From Podarcis melisellensis (lineage: Eukaryota), in assembly GCA_964234715.1 (NCBI GenBank), contig OZ174276.1: a DNA stretch of 64,000 nt; one strand, given 5' to 3'. The notes under the pieces are model-generated. The model had not been told where the DNA came from. It saw only the letters and a list, made by a program, of their open reading frames with translations, and did not search any database. Below are positions 36,377 to 50,336 of this stretch, piece after piece; the stretch's first letter is position 1; each line of letters begins with the position of its first letter. The translations under genes and the position numbers were made by a program.

Positions 36377-36523
36377 CATAGAATCTTAAAGTTGGAAGGG
36401 ATCTTGAGGATCATGTAGTCCAGCCCCCTGCACTATAGGAATGTGCAGCTAGCTGGTCCCTTACAGGGAACAAACCTGCAACCTTGGTATTGTTAGCACC
36501 ACACTCTAACCAACTGAGGTATC
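36377..36523 (-). mobile_element. tRNA-Ile(AAT)-headed SINE with CR1-like tail
   Basis: Reverse complement CTCAGTTGGTTAGAGTGTGGTGCTAACAATACCAAGGTTGCAGGTTTG resembles tRNA-Ile(AAT); tail like 27284 and 39798 copies. Confidence 0.7.
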
Positions 36524-39500
36524 TAAACAGTGGGACGGCAAATAAACTCTTCCTTTGTCTAGATGTTGAACAAGACAAACAAATCAAGCAGGGTACAGGG
36601 AGGGGATGTTGTTGGTAATTGTATAGTAGAAACTTCATATGCAACTTATTTAGAAAATCTTTATAAAATGTTCATTGGTGGGACGGAAATGATGAGCCAC
36701 AATTTCTGTAGCTGCTTTCAGCTCTGAAGCTCAACAACTTTGGGGTAAACTTCAATCCTAAAAAAAGCTAGTAGTTGATGACAGGTGAGTGGACCTGACA
36801 TTCAGTGTTAGGGTATTTAAGGACTCCCGTGTGTTTAAAAACACTTTCATGATTCAGTTGACTTCTGGTTGTTTGGTTGGGTGCCTGCCATACTAGTTCA
36901 GTGGATTTATACAGTGTTAATATAGCTTAAAGATAAAAGGCAAAATTAAAGACATCTGCTTTCTGTTATGTTAAGATCGAAAAGATTACAATCTGAGGAG
37001 TTGACTCTTCATATATTGATGTTCCTTCCTGTTTGCAGCTGGGATAATATTTTTTTTGTTCTCGCCTCCGCAAAATAAATATAGTTGTCATGCAGGAATC
37101 TGGAAAAGGGGTTTATTTACAGAGGTATACATGAATTTCTCCCTTTACCTTTAGCAGAATCCACAATGTAACCTGCTCAGCTTCCTAATATTTTCCCCCA
37201 GAAAAAAAATAGTTTCTCATCTTAAGTTTGGCATTTGTCCTACGGGCTTGTCACAAAGCTGGCAAACAGGATACATCCATGGGAAGTGTGGTTTGTTTTG
37301 GGCCTTCTCCCAGTATTTTTCCTCCCACCCTCATTGTTGGACAGGAAAAGTTCCTGCTTTTACTCTCCCACAGCTCCATGCAGAGTGAAATTGACACAAT
37401 GTATTGAAGTTAATGTATGCCATATAATTTTCAATAGATGAAAATAGTTTGTCATGCAATTCTCACCTTGCATGTTTGTTTCCTGAATTCTGGTGGATTT
37501 CTAGATTGGGTTGGGGGTTCTTGCCCTTCCTCTGAAGTAAGAATCTGTTATTAAATTGTATATATGTAAAGCAATTTACATATACATTAAAGCCAAGAAG
37601 TCTGACAGGTTGAGAACATTAGCTGTTTACAGACCTTTATATATGTTCCTCATCTTGTATAGGTGTTGCCTTTTAATCAATCAAGTTCTGAATATGTAGG
37701 TTATACTTTTTAACATTTTTTATTATCGCTAGCATATCTTCCTTTTTAATAGAAAATTTGCTGGATAGTCTGAAGAACATCTCCTGGTGACTTAGCAAAG
37801 AACTATGTAAGCGACAGATATTGCCATTATCATATCTAGAACTCCTGTCCTATTTCTTCTGTTCATGTGGGAAAGTACAGAAAGCTGTACAACTCCCTAT
37901 GGGCCACAATTGATAGGTTGGTGAGACCACCCACTAGTCAATCACTTGTCATAATTTCAGGTGATAGATATCTGTCCATGTTCCAAAGCAGTTGCTGTAA
38001 CTACTGATCCTTTGAAGACATGTTTTCAGCGCCAATCAGCTAATTGGTGCTTGGAGCTTGCCTTTGAAGGAGTTCACTGTAACAATCAACCAGCTGATTG
38101 TTGGTTATAGGGAGCCCTTCTGCAGAGAAAGCTGTTTAAATCCCAAACACCGGAGGATGTGGCTTTGAGTCCAAGCCTCTTCCTTCAGCCTTCTCAACTT
38201 CATAAATATAGCTAGCTTAAAAATGAAAAAAACTAAGTGTTTCAGAATTGATAGTATTAATATGTTGTGATAGCTTGAATTAATAGCTTAGTTACAGATT
38301 TGGTTCCTTTGTCTAGAATTACTGTTATGGACTACCATGCAAATGTCCTGTACACATGCTCTATAACTTGAACTTGCAGGCAATATTTAACTTACTGGGA
38401 ATCATTTAAAAGTTGTGATAGCTCATGATTGCAAAGAGAAACTTAAACTGCCATTCTGTGACAAGTGGCATTTTTCAGTAACTTCAATATCCTAAAGATG
38501 AGATAGTCAAGGCTGACTATGAAGAAGGCAATGATCCAGGTTGCACATAACACCAGGTCATGTTTTCGTGCAAGAGCTGGAACGAGTCCAAGCATTGCTG
38601 CAGGCTCCCACCCTCCTCTCCTCCTGTACTCCTGCATGCAATATTTGGCTTCACTTTCCATGAATCTTGGCTTGTCCTTGACTACAAAGCAGAGTGGTTT
38701 AAAACAAATCCAGGTTAGTTTTGAAATAAACCAGATTCATAATCCATAGTTTGAAGTTGCCTCTTTGCTTCATATATTGGGACAAGCCAGGAAGTTAAAC
38801 AAAATAATACAAGAGGTGAGGCAGATGGAGGATAGGATTGGGACTTTGGTCATAATAGTGCTAAACCATGATTTAGTGTTAATGTGAACCAGACCATTAT
38901 TGAGCTGCTTGTGTTTTGGGGAAGGTTTTTTGGTTGCTTTCCAGTAGCAAACATATAGTAGGAGCACACAACTTCAAACTTGATCCGTTTGACCTAAGGC
39001 TTGCAATGAGTCACCACTACCAATATCCTAGAAATCTTGGGTAGCATGTACAGCCTGTACTTACCTGTTTCTGTAAGGTCCTGTCATCTAAAGTGCAAAG
39101 CAGCTTTTATTGATTGCTCTGGCCTTGCTGTCATGCCATATCAGTTATCAGATAGGACAGAAGTGCTATGATTGACCTTGGTTTACAAAAGTGCAAAAGG
39201 TTGGCTGTTCTTACTGTCTGTTTGGGATATTTTCCTGATGATGCAAGGTAGCCAGCGGCCGAATAACCTAGCCTTTATTTGCAAACTGATTTGGTTAGAG
39301 TGGTTGACAGCACAGCTTGTTTAGAAAAAGTATACGTTTAACTTGACCTGTTCTCCCATCAGACACCCACAACATTCCAGAGCTCAAGGTTACGATAACA
39401 AAAGATTGTCTTGTTCTGTACTGCTCCTGAGTGAGATCCAAAGATGATTGATGACATCCTAACATTTGCACGACCTTTCATTATGTTGAGGGTGTTCACA

Positions 39501-39797
39501 TATGGCTGTGGGTTCCATTTGTGTCCCTAGGTTTGTGATACCTCTATCTCAGAGAAATTTGGAAATTTGAAAGTAGTAATTTAAAAACCTTCCTCTTCTG
39601 ATATTCACTGTAGTCATTTTAATGACATTCTCAGTCCTACTCTGCACTAATACCCTCTCATATTTTGTACCTCTGAATAAAGCAGCACTTTCCCTTTTTA
39701 TATGACAGATCAACCTTTATACTGAAAAATCTGAGCCAAGTCTGGGGGAAGTGCTGTTTAAGTATTTCACATTATAATATCTGCACCTTGTGAAGTC

Positions 39798-39946
39798 CAT
39801 AGAATTATAGACCTGTAGAGTTGGAGAGGGACCACAAGGGTCATCTAGTCCAACCCTCTGCAATGCAGAAATCTGCTGTCCAATGTAGGGTTTGAACCCA
39901 CAACCCTGAGATTAAGACTCTCATACTCTACCGACAGAGCTATCCC
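39798..39946 (-). mobile_element. tRNA-Lys(CTT)-headed SINE with CR1-like tail
   Basis: Reverse complement GGGATAGCTCTGTCGGTAGAGTATGAGAGTCTTAATCTCAGGGTTGTGGGTTCAAACCC. Confidence 0.78.
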
Positions 39947-40229
39947 ATGATTCATAGGATCATTCATCTCTGCTACTGCCACACACTCACTATGTACAAT
40001 AGCCTTTATTATTCCATGTATTACATAATTTTTGATAGTCTTATTTGGCCCAGGGATACAGGTTTCATGAGGCTTGAAACCTAGGAGACTTAGCTGCTAG
40101 AGCCATGTGTGAAAAAGAAGGAAAAACACTCTTGCCTTGATGAAGGCACCACTTGATTCTGCTGCAAGTGCTTCTGAGTTGGACAATATATTGCAACGGT
40201 CTAGATTTGACTGTCCACTCATTTAAGAG

Positions 40230-40600
40230 AGAAGCAGTGTACAGCTCTGGTCCACACATCTCAAGAAGGCTATTGTAGAACTGAAAGAAATGCAGGAAAC
40301 AGCAACCAAAGTGACTAGGGTCCTGGAACAACTTCTCTGTGAAGAAAAGTTTGGAGCTTTTAAATTCATTGGGAGGGGTGAATAAGGGGGAGCATAATAG
40401 AGGTGCTCATTTGCTTAATAGTGGGAGATTCAGGAAGTAACGCTTCACACAGCATATAGCTAAACTATGGCATTTACCTCTGCAAAATTTTGCAATGGCC
40501 ACCAACTTAGGTGGCATTAAAAATGGATTTGACAGATTCATGGAGCATATGGGTATCTAGCTGCTTGTTTTGATGGTTAAATACTACCTCCAGGACAAGA
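40230..40600 (+). mobile_element. decayed CR1 LINE fragment
   Basis: GTACAGCTCTGGTC..CATCTCAAGAAGG..GCAACCAAAGTG and TTCACACAGCATATAG..TTTGACAGATTCATGGAG CR1-like motifs. Confidence 0.6.
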
Positions 40601-43485
40601 GACACCATGGCTCTGATTTACTGTGATTTACTTAATGTTCTAAAATGATTCCATGTAGTAATGAGAGGCATGAAAACAGCATTGAGCTAGTTCAGTCATG
40701 AAGCACTGGGCACACCTCACTCTGCAGTAAGCAGGATTCATATCCTCTGGGCAAAATGAGCACTTGATGGTTGATTACTCAGCAGGGCCTGTTTACTTCA
40801 TTGTGACGAGTGCCTCCGATATACCCCAAGGCCGTGAAGTCTACAGCTGCGCACAAACCATACATTCAAAGCACATGACTTCCCCAAAGAATCCTGGGAA
40901 CTGTAGTTTAAGGGTGCTGCAAATTGTAGCCCTCTGAGGGGTGAACTACAGCTTCTAGGATTCTCATAATGTGCCATTCATTGGTGAAAGTCTTCCTTTA
41001 AAACAAGGATTTTGAAGACTTTGTAGGCACTTATGAACTATAATTGGTCTACTGGAAAATCATATAACTTTCCAAAATCACACACACAGATATTTATGTA
41101 GCTCTGATTTTCTAATACTGCATAGTTCTCTGTTTGGACATTTGATACTTTCCTATAGTTTCAGTGCTTCAAATTGAAGCCAAAAGAAGAGTGCAGGCAG
41201 GACACAAGTTTCCATTTTTCCATCAGAAATATTAACTTAAAGTGTATATGTACTAAAAATAGTTCTGTGTGTTAATGAACTAAAATCTTGCCATTAATAA
41301 ATTAAAACACCTTTACTCATGTTGCAGCCCTATTTCAAAGACAGCCTGGAGATGTCAGATGGCTCTCTGACATGCAGTTCCCCCCCTAGCTTGATCACCT
41401 CTATAAAGTTCAACATCATTATGAATCCATCTCTTCCATCATATATTCATTTCCTTTACTTGGATATAAATGTCATGGAGTATAAGGCTATCCATGCCTA
41501 CCAGCTACAACGGTTATGTTTACCTCCACTCTCCTAGGCAGTTGCCGCTCAACAAAAGTGCAGAGAGTACTGTTGCGCTCAGGTTCTGCTCTTGGACTTC
41601 CCACAGGCATCTGGTTGGTTGTTGTAAGAACAGGGATGCTGAACTAGATGCAGCACAGGCCTGATCCAGCAGGCTCCTCTTAGGTTCTGGATTTAAACAA
41701 ATCTTTTGGCGAAAGCACTTCTAATTATTCATCAGTTCATTGTGCATAAGTTTCCACATGGCAGACTATTTTGAAGAATGCCTTCTCAGCCTTAGGAAGA
41801 AATAGCAGCCCAGTTCACTGCACTTTTGCAAACAAAAAAACAAACAAAAAAAGCTAGACTTGAGAGTTTTATGACCTTAGCATTCTTGTAGCTACATAGT
41901 GTTCTTTAGCAAAGGGGCTGTAAAAACCCCTTCACTGTTGCTAGTGATACAAAAAAACAAAACACCAACTCATAATCCCCTAGGGCCAGCCTAGGAACAC
42001 TATGGGCATTTAGAAATGTGTACATTGCCATCTTGGATTTGGCAGAGCAGATTTCTAAACTAGCTAACTGAACCTTGGCTTCCCATTACTTTTGCCCACC
42101 TAAAATTGAAAAGGGAACTATAGCGGCACAGCTGCATTGCTAGCCAACAAGCAGGCAGCATTTGTCTACTTGAATGAATAGCATCAGTGTTTAAGGACCT
42201 GTGGGCATTCAGGCAGAGTCTTGGCAAATTACGAAAGACTTGCTCGATGAAGAGAGGATGGAGCTCCCAATGTCTGCTTCTTTTTGTCTAAGGTTAATTT
42301 AATAGGAACTTGTGCTTCTTGATGCTTGCCCTTTCTCTTTGTTTGCCTTGTATCCCTCATCCTGACGCTTCTGGCTTCTCATAATCTGCCCTGACTTAAT
42401 TTCTCAGGAGTATCCTGGGTATAAAACCTTCCCTTTCAAGACCTCCTTGGTCTGCCACTCTATGTAAATGTGAAGGTGCAGTTCTTGTGGGTGTCCCTTT
42501 GACTGTATTAAAGGAGCTAAGTTATTTGATCTTGAAACCTACCTTTTCCTCTTAGTACACTTCCAGATTCACTGTTTTGACTAATTAGTGTTTTACCAAC
42601 AAGAATATGCACATAAAGTATCCAATCAAGTTTTCCCACTGGCAGTGATACCTCTGTGGATGCAACCACACTTCTGTCCTTTCTGCATGCCCCCACAATC
42701 TAATAATTCTGTCACTATTTTGGATAGAAACGGAAGACATCCATTATTTCAATAATGGAAGATTTGGGTGAGGGCAGCCACTTACTTGAGAATATACATT
42801 GTATTAACTTCAGCCATGTTTCTGACAATATAGTGACATGAGGGCTCTAACCACAGTTGTCTTGGAGTAAAAATAGTTCTCTGGAATCATAAGTATTGAT
42901 TGCTGTGAGAGGTACAGTTGCTAGATATTGGGTTGGTACATACATAATAAGCCAAAATACTTTGAAAGTGAAATGAAACATTAGTGAAGGTGCTTCTTCC
43001 GTCCCTCAAGAGAGTAGAGGGGGAGCATGCAGGTCCAAGGCAGGCTGGCTCTGGCTCATGGACATAGCATTAAAACATGGTTTTACAGTGTGTGTGAACC
43101 AGCCCAATGTGCCTTCTTATGTGATCCAATTTGAAACTGAGTTATAGCATATTTGCAATTCAGTCGAAATATATAGTGCTCTTCTCAAAGTTTTTCAGAT
43201 GTGACACATGCATACTATAAAAGTCTTCGTATAATGTAAGTATTTAAAGCATGTTCACAGCCGTGGTGGGGAGCTTGTAACTTTTGAAATGTGCCTGGAC
43301 TCTAATTCCCATCGGTCCCTGTCAAAATGGTCAGTGGTCAGGGATGATGGGAGAACTTTGTAAATCAGTAACATCTGAAGAGCCACTGGTTCCCCACCTG
43401 TAATTTGCAGGGTAGGATTGGCTAGTACATACCTGTTTTAAAGGGCTTATTGTACTTACAACTTTTGCTTTTCTCTCTTGTTTAG

Positions 43486-43528
43486 GACTTTTCAGAACTG
43501 GAGAAGAGAGATCCCCAAGAACTAGTTG
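43486..43528 (+). CDS. SAP30BP: SAP30BP exon 4: DFSELEKRDPQELV
   Basis: EKRDPQELV conserved; 43 nt; strong AG/GTGAGT sites. Confidence 0.95.
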
Positions 43529-43999
43529 GTGAGTATGGACAAGCTCTAGCATGCCTGTTCTCGTCAATGTTTCCTTGCCTTTCCTGCTCTTGGTTGGCAT
43601 ATGATACAGTATTGGGGATATGCTGGATTTTTGGGAGGTTGCCAGAAGTTACCATTTTGAAAAGAGCAGAAACATTTATGGAAAACTTCCATTGCAGTCA
43701 TTGCTTTCCAGTCTGCTGCTGCTTAGGTTTTGGAGCAGGGGAAAGAGGGAAGGCACCATCACCCCCGTTGTCAGGCCAAGGGACCTTTGCTTTGGTATGC
43801 ATGTCCCTTGGAAAGTGCTGCAGCTAAAAGGGAAGGCTTCAGCTTTTGTATGCAGATCCTCTGTACTGCAATACTTTACTTAAGTGCAAAGCAGTTTCAC
43901 ATTCTTTGAAAATTTGTTAAAGGAGGCTCATTTCCCAAGGGGTGAAAATGTTTGTAAAAACTTCCCTGCCACTTCATTTATGCTTAGCACTCTATAGTA

Positions 44000-44239
44000 C
44001 AGTCGTACCTTGGTTCTCGAACACCTTGGTACTTGGTTGTTTTGGCTCCCAAACGCCGTAAACCCGGAAGTGAGTGTTCCGGTTTGCAAACGTTTTTTGG
44101 AAGCTGAACGTCCGACATGGCTTCCGCAGCTTCCAATTGAGTGCAGGAAGCTCCTGCAGCCAATCGGAAGCAGCACCTTGGTTTTCAAACCGTTTTGGAC
44201 TCCCAGAATGGATTAAGTTCAACAACCAAGGTACAACTG
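44000..44239. mobile_element. Tc1/mariner (Tigger-like) MITE
   Basis: TA|CAGTCGTACCTTGGTT...AACCAAGGTACAACTG|TA. Confidence 0.82.
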
Positions 44240-45488
44240 TATAGGCACATATTGAATTGGTCACATCTGTTAACATTTTATTCCCATTCATAGGAATTGC
44301 TACCTGTATAAACTGTGGTTCTGATACTAGTGGCTGCATCTTGCTTCTTTGAAGAATTTTCTGATTGAGCAACTAAATGTACCTTAGAGCAGGGACTCCC
44401 AAACTCTGATGTGCAAGATTCAGGTGTCCCATAGCATGTCAGTAAAATGCAATTAAAAATCATACAGCACTTAGGACAGCACATTCCAATTGCTACAACT
44501 AGCAGAAAAATCGTTAGGTGGTTGCCCACGACCCCCAGCAATTTTCAAGTAGTCAGGTGTCTTAGAGCATTATGTCTCAGTGTCTTAGAGTTACAGCATC
44601 ACGTGGTTCATTCTTCACACTACACACGGGTCCTGCTTTACTAATGTTCACTATGTGAAAATTCACTTATCCAAATATGAGGAATTAGTACCCAAACCAT
44701 GCTATACACTCCAGAGATTCAGATATCTGAACAAATAACATTTTTTTTACTTCTTTGTTTGCCTTTTGCTGGTTGGCTAAAGAATGGAGGGGGAGTGATA
44801 AGATTTTTCGGGGGGGGGTTGACTTTTGGGTGTCAAAAATCCTGGTTCGGGAACAGATTACAAATTTTGCCATAGGAATCAATGGAAATTGTTGGTTCAT
44901 TATGCAAATGCTCACTTAACAAGTGATTCCCAGGGAATTCATTGTATTTGGTAAGCGGGACCTGTGCATATATGCAAAATTGTATAGCCGTTTTTCAGTG
45001 TATATGAAAATGTACGCAGTACTCTAGAGCTTGTATACAAGAGTTGCAAATGTATCAGATTAGAAAAGATCAGAATGTGCTGATCTTGTTCTGCATTCTT
45101 GAGCCCACAAACAGAAGTCAGTAACTGTAGTGGCCTTTCAAAATTGGATGACTCAGTGGCATATTGATGCCTCATATACTTCCCTACAGTTCTATTGTTA
45201 GTTGCCAGGAAATAACGAACACCCTCTCTCCCAGGCATGAAGTTATAGCTGGCCCATCCCATTTGAGACTGAAGAGGATTTAAGTAAATAAATGATGCTT
45301 CCTTTTGGGTTAGCATTGTGGGGAATGTCTCAGGGTGATTTTGCACACTTGGCTGCAGTTCACCAGCTGGCTGTAAATGTGTAAAATAATTTAAAAGCAC
45401 TATTTATTTGTAGAATTTATTATTCAATGCAAGATCAACTGCAGAATGTGTTATTTAATGAAGAACAAAATTGACCATCTCTCTATAC

Positions 45489-45623
45489 CAGTGTTTCTCA
45501 ACATTGAGTCGCCAGGTGTTGTTGGACTACAACTCCCATCATCCCTGAGCTCTGGCCTTACTAGCTGGGGTGATGGGAGTTGTAGTTCAACAACATCTGG
45601 GTACCCAAGGTTGAGAAAGGCTG
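45489..45623. mobile_element. palindromic hAT MITE
   Basis: CAGTGTTTCTCAAC...GTTGAGAAAGGCTG; perfect 8-bp TSD CTCTATAC. Confidence 0.85.
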
Positions 45624-45992
45624 CTCTATACAGATACCCTATAGAAGATTTAGAACTACATAAGTGGTGAACCTGCAGTAAAATGTGATGCAGTGCTTCT
45701 CTTCAAGATAATCATCCTTTATTTCCCATCCTTCAGTTTCCCCACTCCCAATGGTCAGCATTCCATACCCACTGAGCAGACTCAGTCCTTACTGCATTGT
45801 TGGTGGGATCAGTCCATCTCTGCTTAGAGTTTATTCTAAAAATACTTAAGCAAACCTTGGGGTTCCCCCAGCCTGCTGTTACCTCCCCTTTATGGGTAGG
45901 AGATGCTGCTTAGTCTACTGGCAACTAATTATAACCAATTAATAAAAGCATGCTAGTATTAATCTAGTTTCACTTTAATCCATATAATACTA

Positions 45993-46209
45993 CAGTGGCA
46001 CCTTGGTTTTCAAATGTCTCCATTGACGAACATTTCAGTTTTCAATCACCGTAAACCTGGAAGTAAATGCTTCAGTTTTCGAACACTTTTCGGAAGTTGA
46101 AAATGCCACGTGGCTTCCGTATTGAGGCTTCCGTATTGAGTTTCCGGTTATCAAACGTTTCAGAACTCGAACGATCTTCCGGAATGGATTACGTTCAAAA
46201 ACCGAGGTG
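45993..46209. mobile_element. Tc1/mariner (Tigger-like) MITE, right end damaged
   Basis: TA|CAGTGGCACCTTGGTT start; interior similar to 44000-44239. Confidence 0.7.
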
Positions 46210-49200
46210 TTCATGATCTAAAATAGCCCTTAGAGTGGGGTGAATTACTGGTAATAGTAGGTAAGCTTATGGCTGTCTTAATTCCAAACCTTTGGCCTGG
46301 CTAATAAAACTAGCTTTGTTCAGTTCCTCTTGTAGCCTGTTGGCAAAAGCATAAACTTTAAAGGAGTTTCCCAATATTGTTGTGGAGACTTCTTCCATTA
46401 TTCTTTCCTTCAGAAATCCATTGGGATAAAAAACGTAATTGAGAAGCATAATGATAGAATTAGATGAGCTAATTCCTTCCTTATTTCTTACTACATATCT
46501 TTGTCTTGTTTTGGTATGCTGGAGGTACTAGCTAAAATTTGTAGACCTTGTTCGGATCCTTTGCAGGCTAGAATCAAGCAAGGAACTACTGCATTTGTCC
46601 TTAAGACCAGCCAGCAGCTTAAATTGCTGCAGCACCTTAGCTGGAGTCAGTCATGTCTTTGGGGATTTTCATCCATATTCATGGCATGTCAAATAGCCAA
46701 CTGTGGACAGTTGTACAATCCCAGTTCTGTGTTTTGGTTTTCACAACCATGGGCTAGGGACACATATGGTGTCAAAAGCCTCCCTGCTACACATTTAGAC
46801 ATGTAATGGATTTGGGTAGCCAAGTGGCCACTAGGACACTTTAAATGTGATCATATGGGAACGATTCCCCATGGTGGGTAATTGTTTGTATCAACCCCAA
46901 TGCAAAGCTTCTGGTCTTCACAGCATGCATGGTTTGGCTTTCAAGAGGCATTAAAGGCTGTATTTTGAGGAAGGATTTTAAAGGCACAAGCATTCCAAGA
47001 AAATGTTCGTGTTTTTTGAGGCAGCAAAGAGGAACTGTAAATCTTTTTGAATTGAGAGAAAAGCCTGGCCCTGTTGATGGACAGGGAAGTAAGACAATAA
47101 AAGTTTTTGGCTGGTCATCAGATGAAAGAACCGGAAGGTGATGTAGTACTATAGAAACCCTTGAAGTGGCCAGTAGATTACTATGAAAGGAGAAGGATGC
47201 CTGTCTGATTTGTGGGTAAAAAGCCAACTGGGCAGATCTGGTACCTTATATATATATGGCTTGTATTCTAGCAATACAATTCCAGTTGTAGTTTTAGCCC
47301 CAGCTTATTGGTATATGTTCCCTGTGGCTTCCACTGCCTTAGCCAAGCCCTTAGTCAAACCATAGCTTCAAGGTATGAATAATTATTTACTTCGCAAGCC
47401 AGAGGTTGGGTGTGCCTATAATGGTGAATCATGCTGATATTCAGCTTCCTGCATTCCCCTTGCAGTATGCCTTAGGCTGGAAGCCAGCGGGCGCACACAC
47501 CCAGTCAAACGGTACAACCAATGTCAGGTCACCACACCTGACTGGCACAAAAGTGGATTTGATCTTTGGGGGAAATGACAGGGTGTAGAATGCACGAAAT
47601 GTCTGAAAGTGCGCTCTGGCAACATCTATTCATTTCCATTTATTGCGGAATTAAGGTGAAGGAAGCAGGTGTTATACACCCCAATGTTGTGCATTTCACA
47701 CTGTTTAAATTGCGTAACAAAATTTATTCCTGAGACTACCTCCTTGATTTCAGTACATTGATAAACAATTGGTTCTTGGTTATCTTTCTGTGTCACTCAG
47801 GAGATTGTATAGGGGCTCCCTTGGGACACTTTTTATGGCTACTTGTTAACTTTTGTTGCTGTTATCATAAGAAGCGCCTGACGCACATGTCTATCGCCAT
47901 TTCCTCTTGGGTGCAGATTGGCATGCAGAGAGAAGGTGGCACATAATCTTACAACAGAAAAGAGCGAGGCTGAGAATGGGGAGGGGGATAGTGAAAAGTG
48001 CACAAGACTGAATTCTGAAACAAACCTTCAGCCATATAAAAAGCTAAGTCTCAAGAGAATCCTTCTTGATTCCCTTACACACTGAGCTCTGGAGTAGTCA
48101 ATCATAGGAGAGTGACCAATATTCAGGTGTTAAAATATTAAACTATACACTACCAAAGAAGCTCATTAAACAGATTTATTTAGAAAGCATGTGCAAGGAT
48201 GCAATAAAATCCCAAACCAAATTATTAGAGGAAAACATATATAGATGAAACTAACAATATTTGCTGCCTAATTGTAAATGCCATCTCTCTAGCATGCCAC
48301 TTCTGGCACTGTTTGCCATTTCCTGAGCTCCCGTCAGTGTCTTCTGTAGAACAGTATTAAATCCATTTCCTGCCTAACAAGGACCCTCAAGAAAACACAG
48401 AAGCATAATACCTAGCTAGCTTTAAATTGCACATGAGGTTTGGGTATCTGACTTCATTAAAGTCTTTTTTAAAATCACCTTTTCCCTCAGATGTCTGGTC
48501 TCCGTTGTAATGAAACATCGGTGGTAGCACCACTTGGTACTTGAGACATTCTTAATTAGAAATGAACACACCCCTCACATCACTGGCTTTGTAACCTATA
48601 ACAAGTCCGTAGCTTGTTGTCAAGGGGCTCTGGAGCCAAACCGTGTCCCTCTGGGGATGTTGGCAAGATTTCTGTTCTTCACAGAAGCACATTCTCTGGA
48701 AATGCCAAAGGACATTTCTTTGTTACTTGTGACTGCTAGCGAACTTAACCCTAAATAGCATCCTAATGGAAGAGCATGGTGCTGGAGAGGAGGGCATGGG
48801 AGATGCCCAAATTGCAGAATTCTGAAGGCAGAATTATAATTTTAAACTGAGGCCCAGGGGTTTGTTTGCCTTTGATTACGGTGGATACAAACATGACAAG
48901 ACACCAGTGGTAAAAAGCTAGACGCAGATGCACGGCTAAGGCTTCAGACAGTTCTGTATGCTCATGTTTGTAGAGCCGTCCTGTCTACAAAGGGTTCAGA
49001 GCAGATAAGAGTAATAGGAATATAGCAGAATATTTTGCCCCTCCATCCTTTGATGGACATAAGATTCAGTCCTTCAGTTAATATTAACTGGAAGCAAGTA
49101 GTGTAATACAGTTGCTTGTGAACTATAACGCCTGCCTGCTACTGGGGAAATCTTTCTGCCGACACAGGCTGTTTGCGATGTAAACATTACTGCCCTAAAA

Positions 49201-50336
49201 CTAGGAAAGTTCTAATCGTGTTATTATTTAAAAAATGGAAAAATGCAGTGGAAAAAGGATTTCCAGGATGAATGCCCCCACCCTGCCCACTTTTTAAGTA
49301 GCAGCCTGTTTTCAAGCTCAAAGAAAAGCATTTGTTCACAAGCGGCATATTGTCTGAGCTTTTCAGGCCAAGACTGAAGGCAGAGCCTGATGCCAAGGAA
49401 AGGGACAAGAGTGTGGTACACAGTGTCGCCTTGGAATAATGTCCTTTTGAAGAGCAGCCTTTTTCCTGTACTTGTAGAAACGTTGTGTCTTAATTCTCTC
49501 TATCACCAACAGCCCACATGCATTTAAGAACAAAACCTGGACGCTGCTGCATGTTGGTCAGGTTATGCCCCTATTTTGGCAGTTGTGATACATTTTAAAC
49601 AAGAAATGTTCAGCATTTGACCTGTATCTTGTTCCAGTTCTCTCTAAACAATTCTCTGCTGCATTCAGTTCTTTGATAAACTTCAGGCTTTCACTTACCC
49701 CTTTTAAAAACTGATTTGCCCACATAATTTTAGAACCATCATATTTTGAGATGCAGATTTTGGAAATAATTGCAATGCCAAAATTCTTGGTCATCAATGT
49801 TGGGTGAAATATTTAACTGGCAAGAGGCACTGATCACAATTCTCGATGCTCCCGGTTGTGGTTCTTAAACTAAATTGCCAGGAATTACTTGATGCATTTG
49901 TAGTTGAAAGTAGCTCTTGGAGAAGATGTCTTATTCCCAGGGCAACACTGCAGTCAATTAAAGAAAGTTTAAACAATAATTGTCTGTGGCTAGCAATTTG
50001 CTTTAAGAATAAATCAGTTGTTGTGTTGCTCTTATTAGGTACTGTGCCTTGCATATGAACCAGTTGTCACCCTGATCTAAACCAATACTAATAATATAAG
50101 ATAGTAAATATGAAAAACACTTTCCCCAAAAAAGTAAAGATGAAGAATTGCGTTAAAGATAGAAGTATTGTGCTTCAAGTTTCCTGCATGTCTGCCAATG
50201 CACTTGCTTCTCAATCTTCAGAAACCCCTGACAAAAAGGGGATTGTTTCTTTTTAAGATCAGAAGTACAGGAACTTAACATGCTTAAATCTCTTTAATGC
50301 TCTTTGCTATTCTAATGGCCTCCTTTCTATTTCTAG

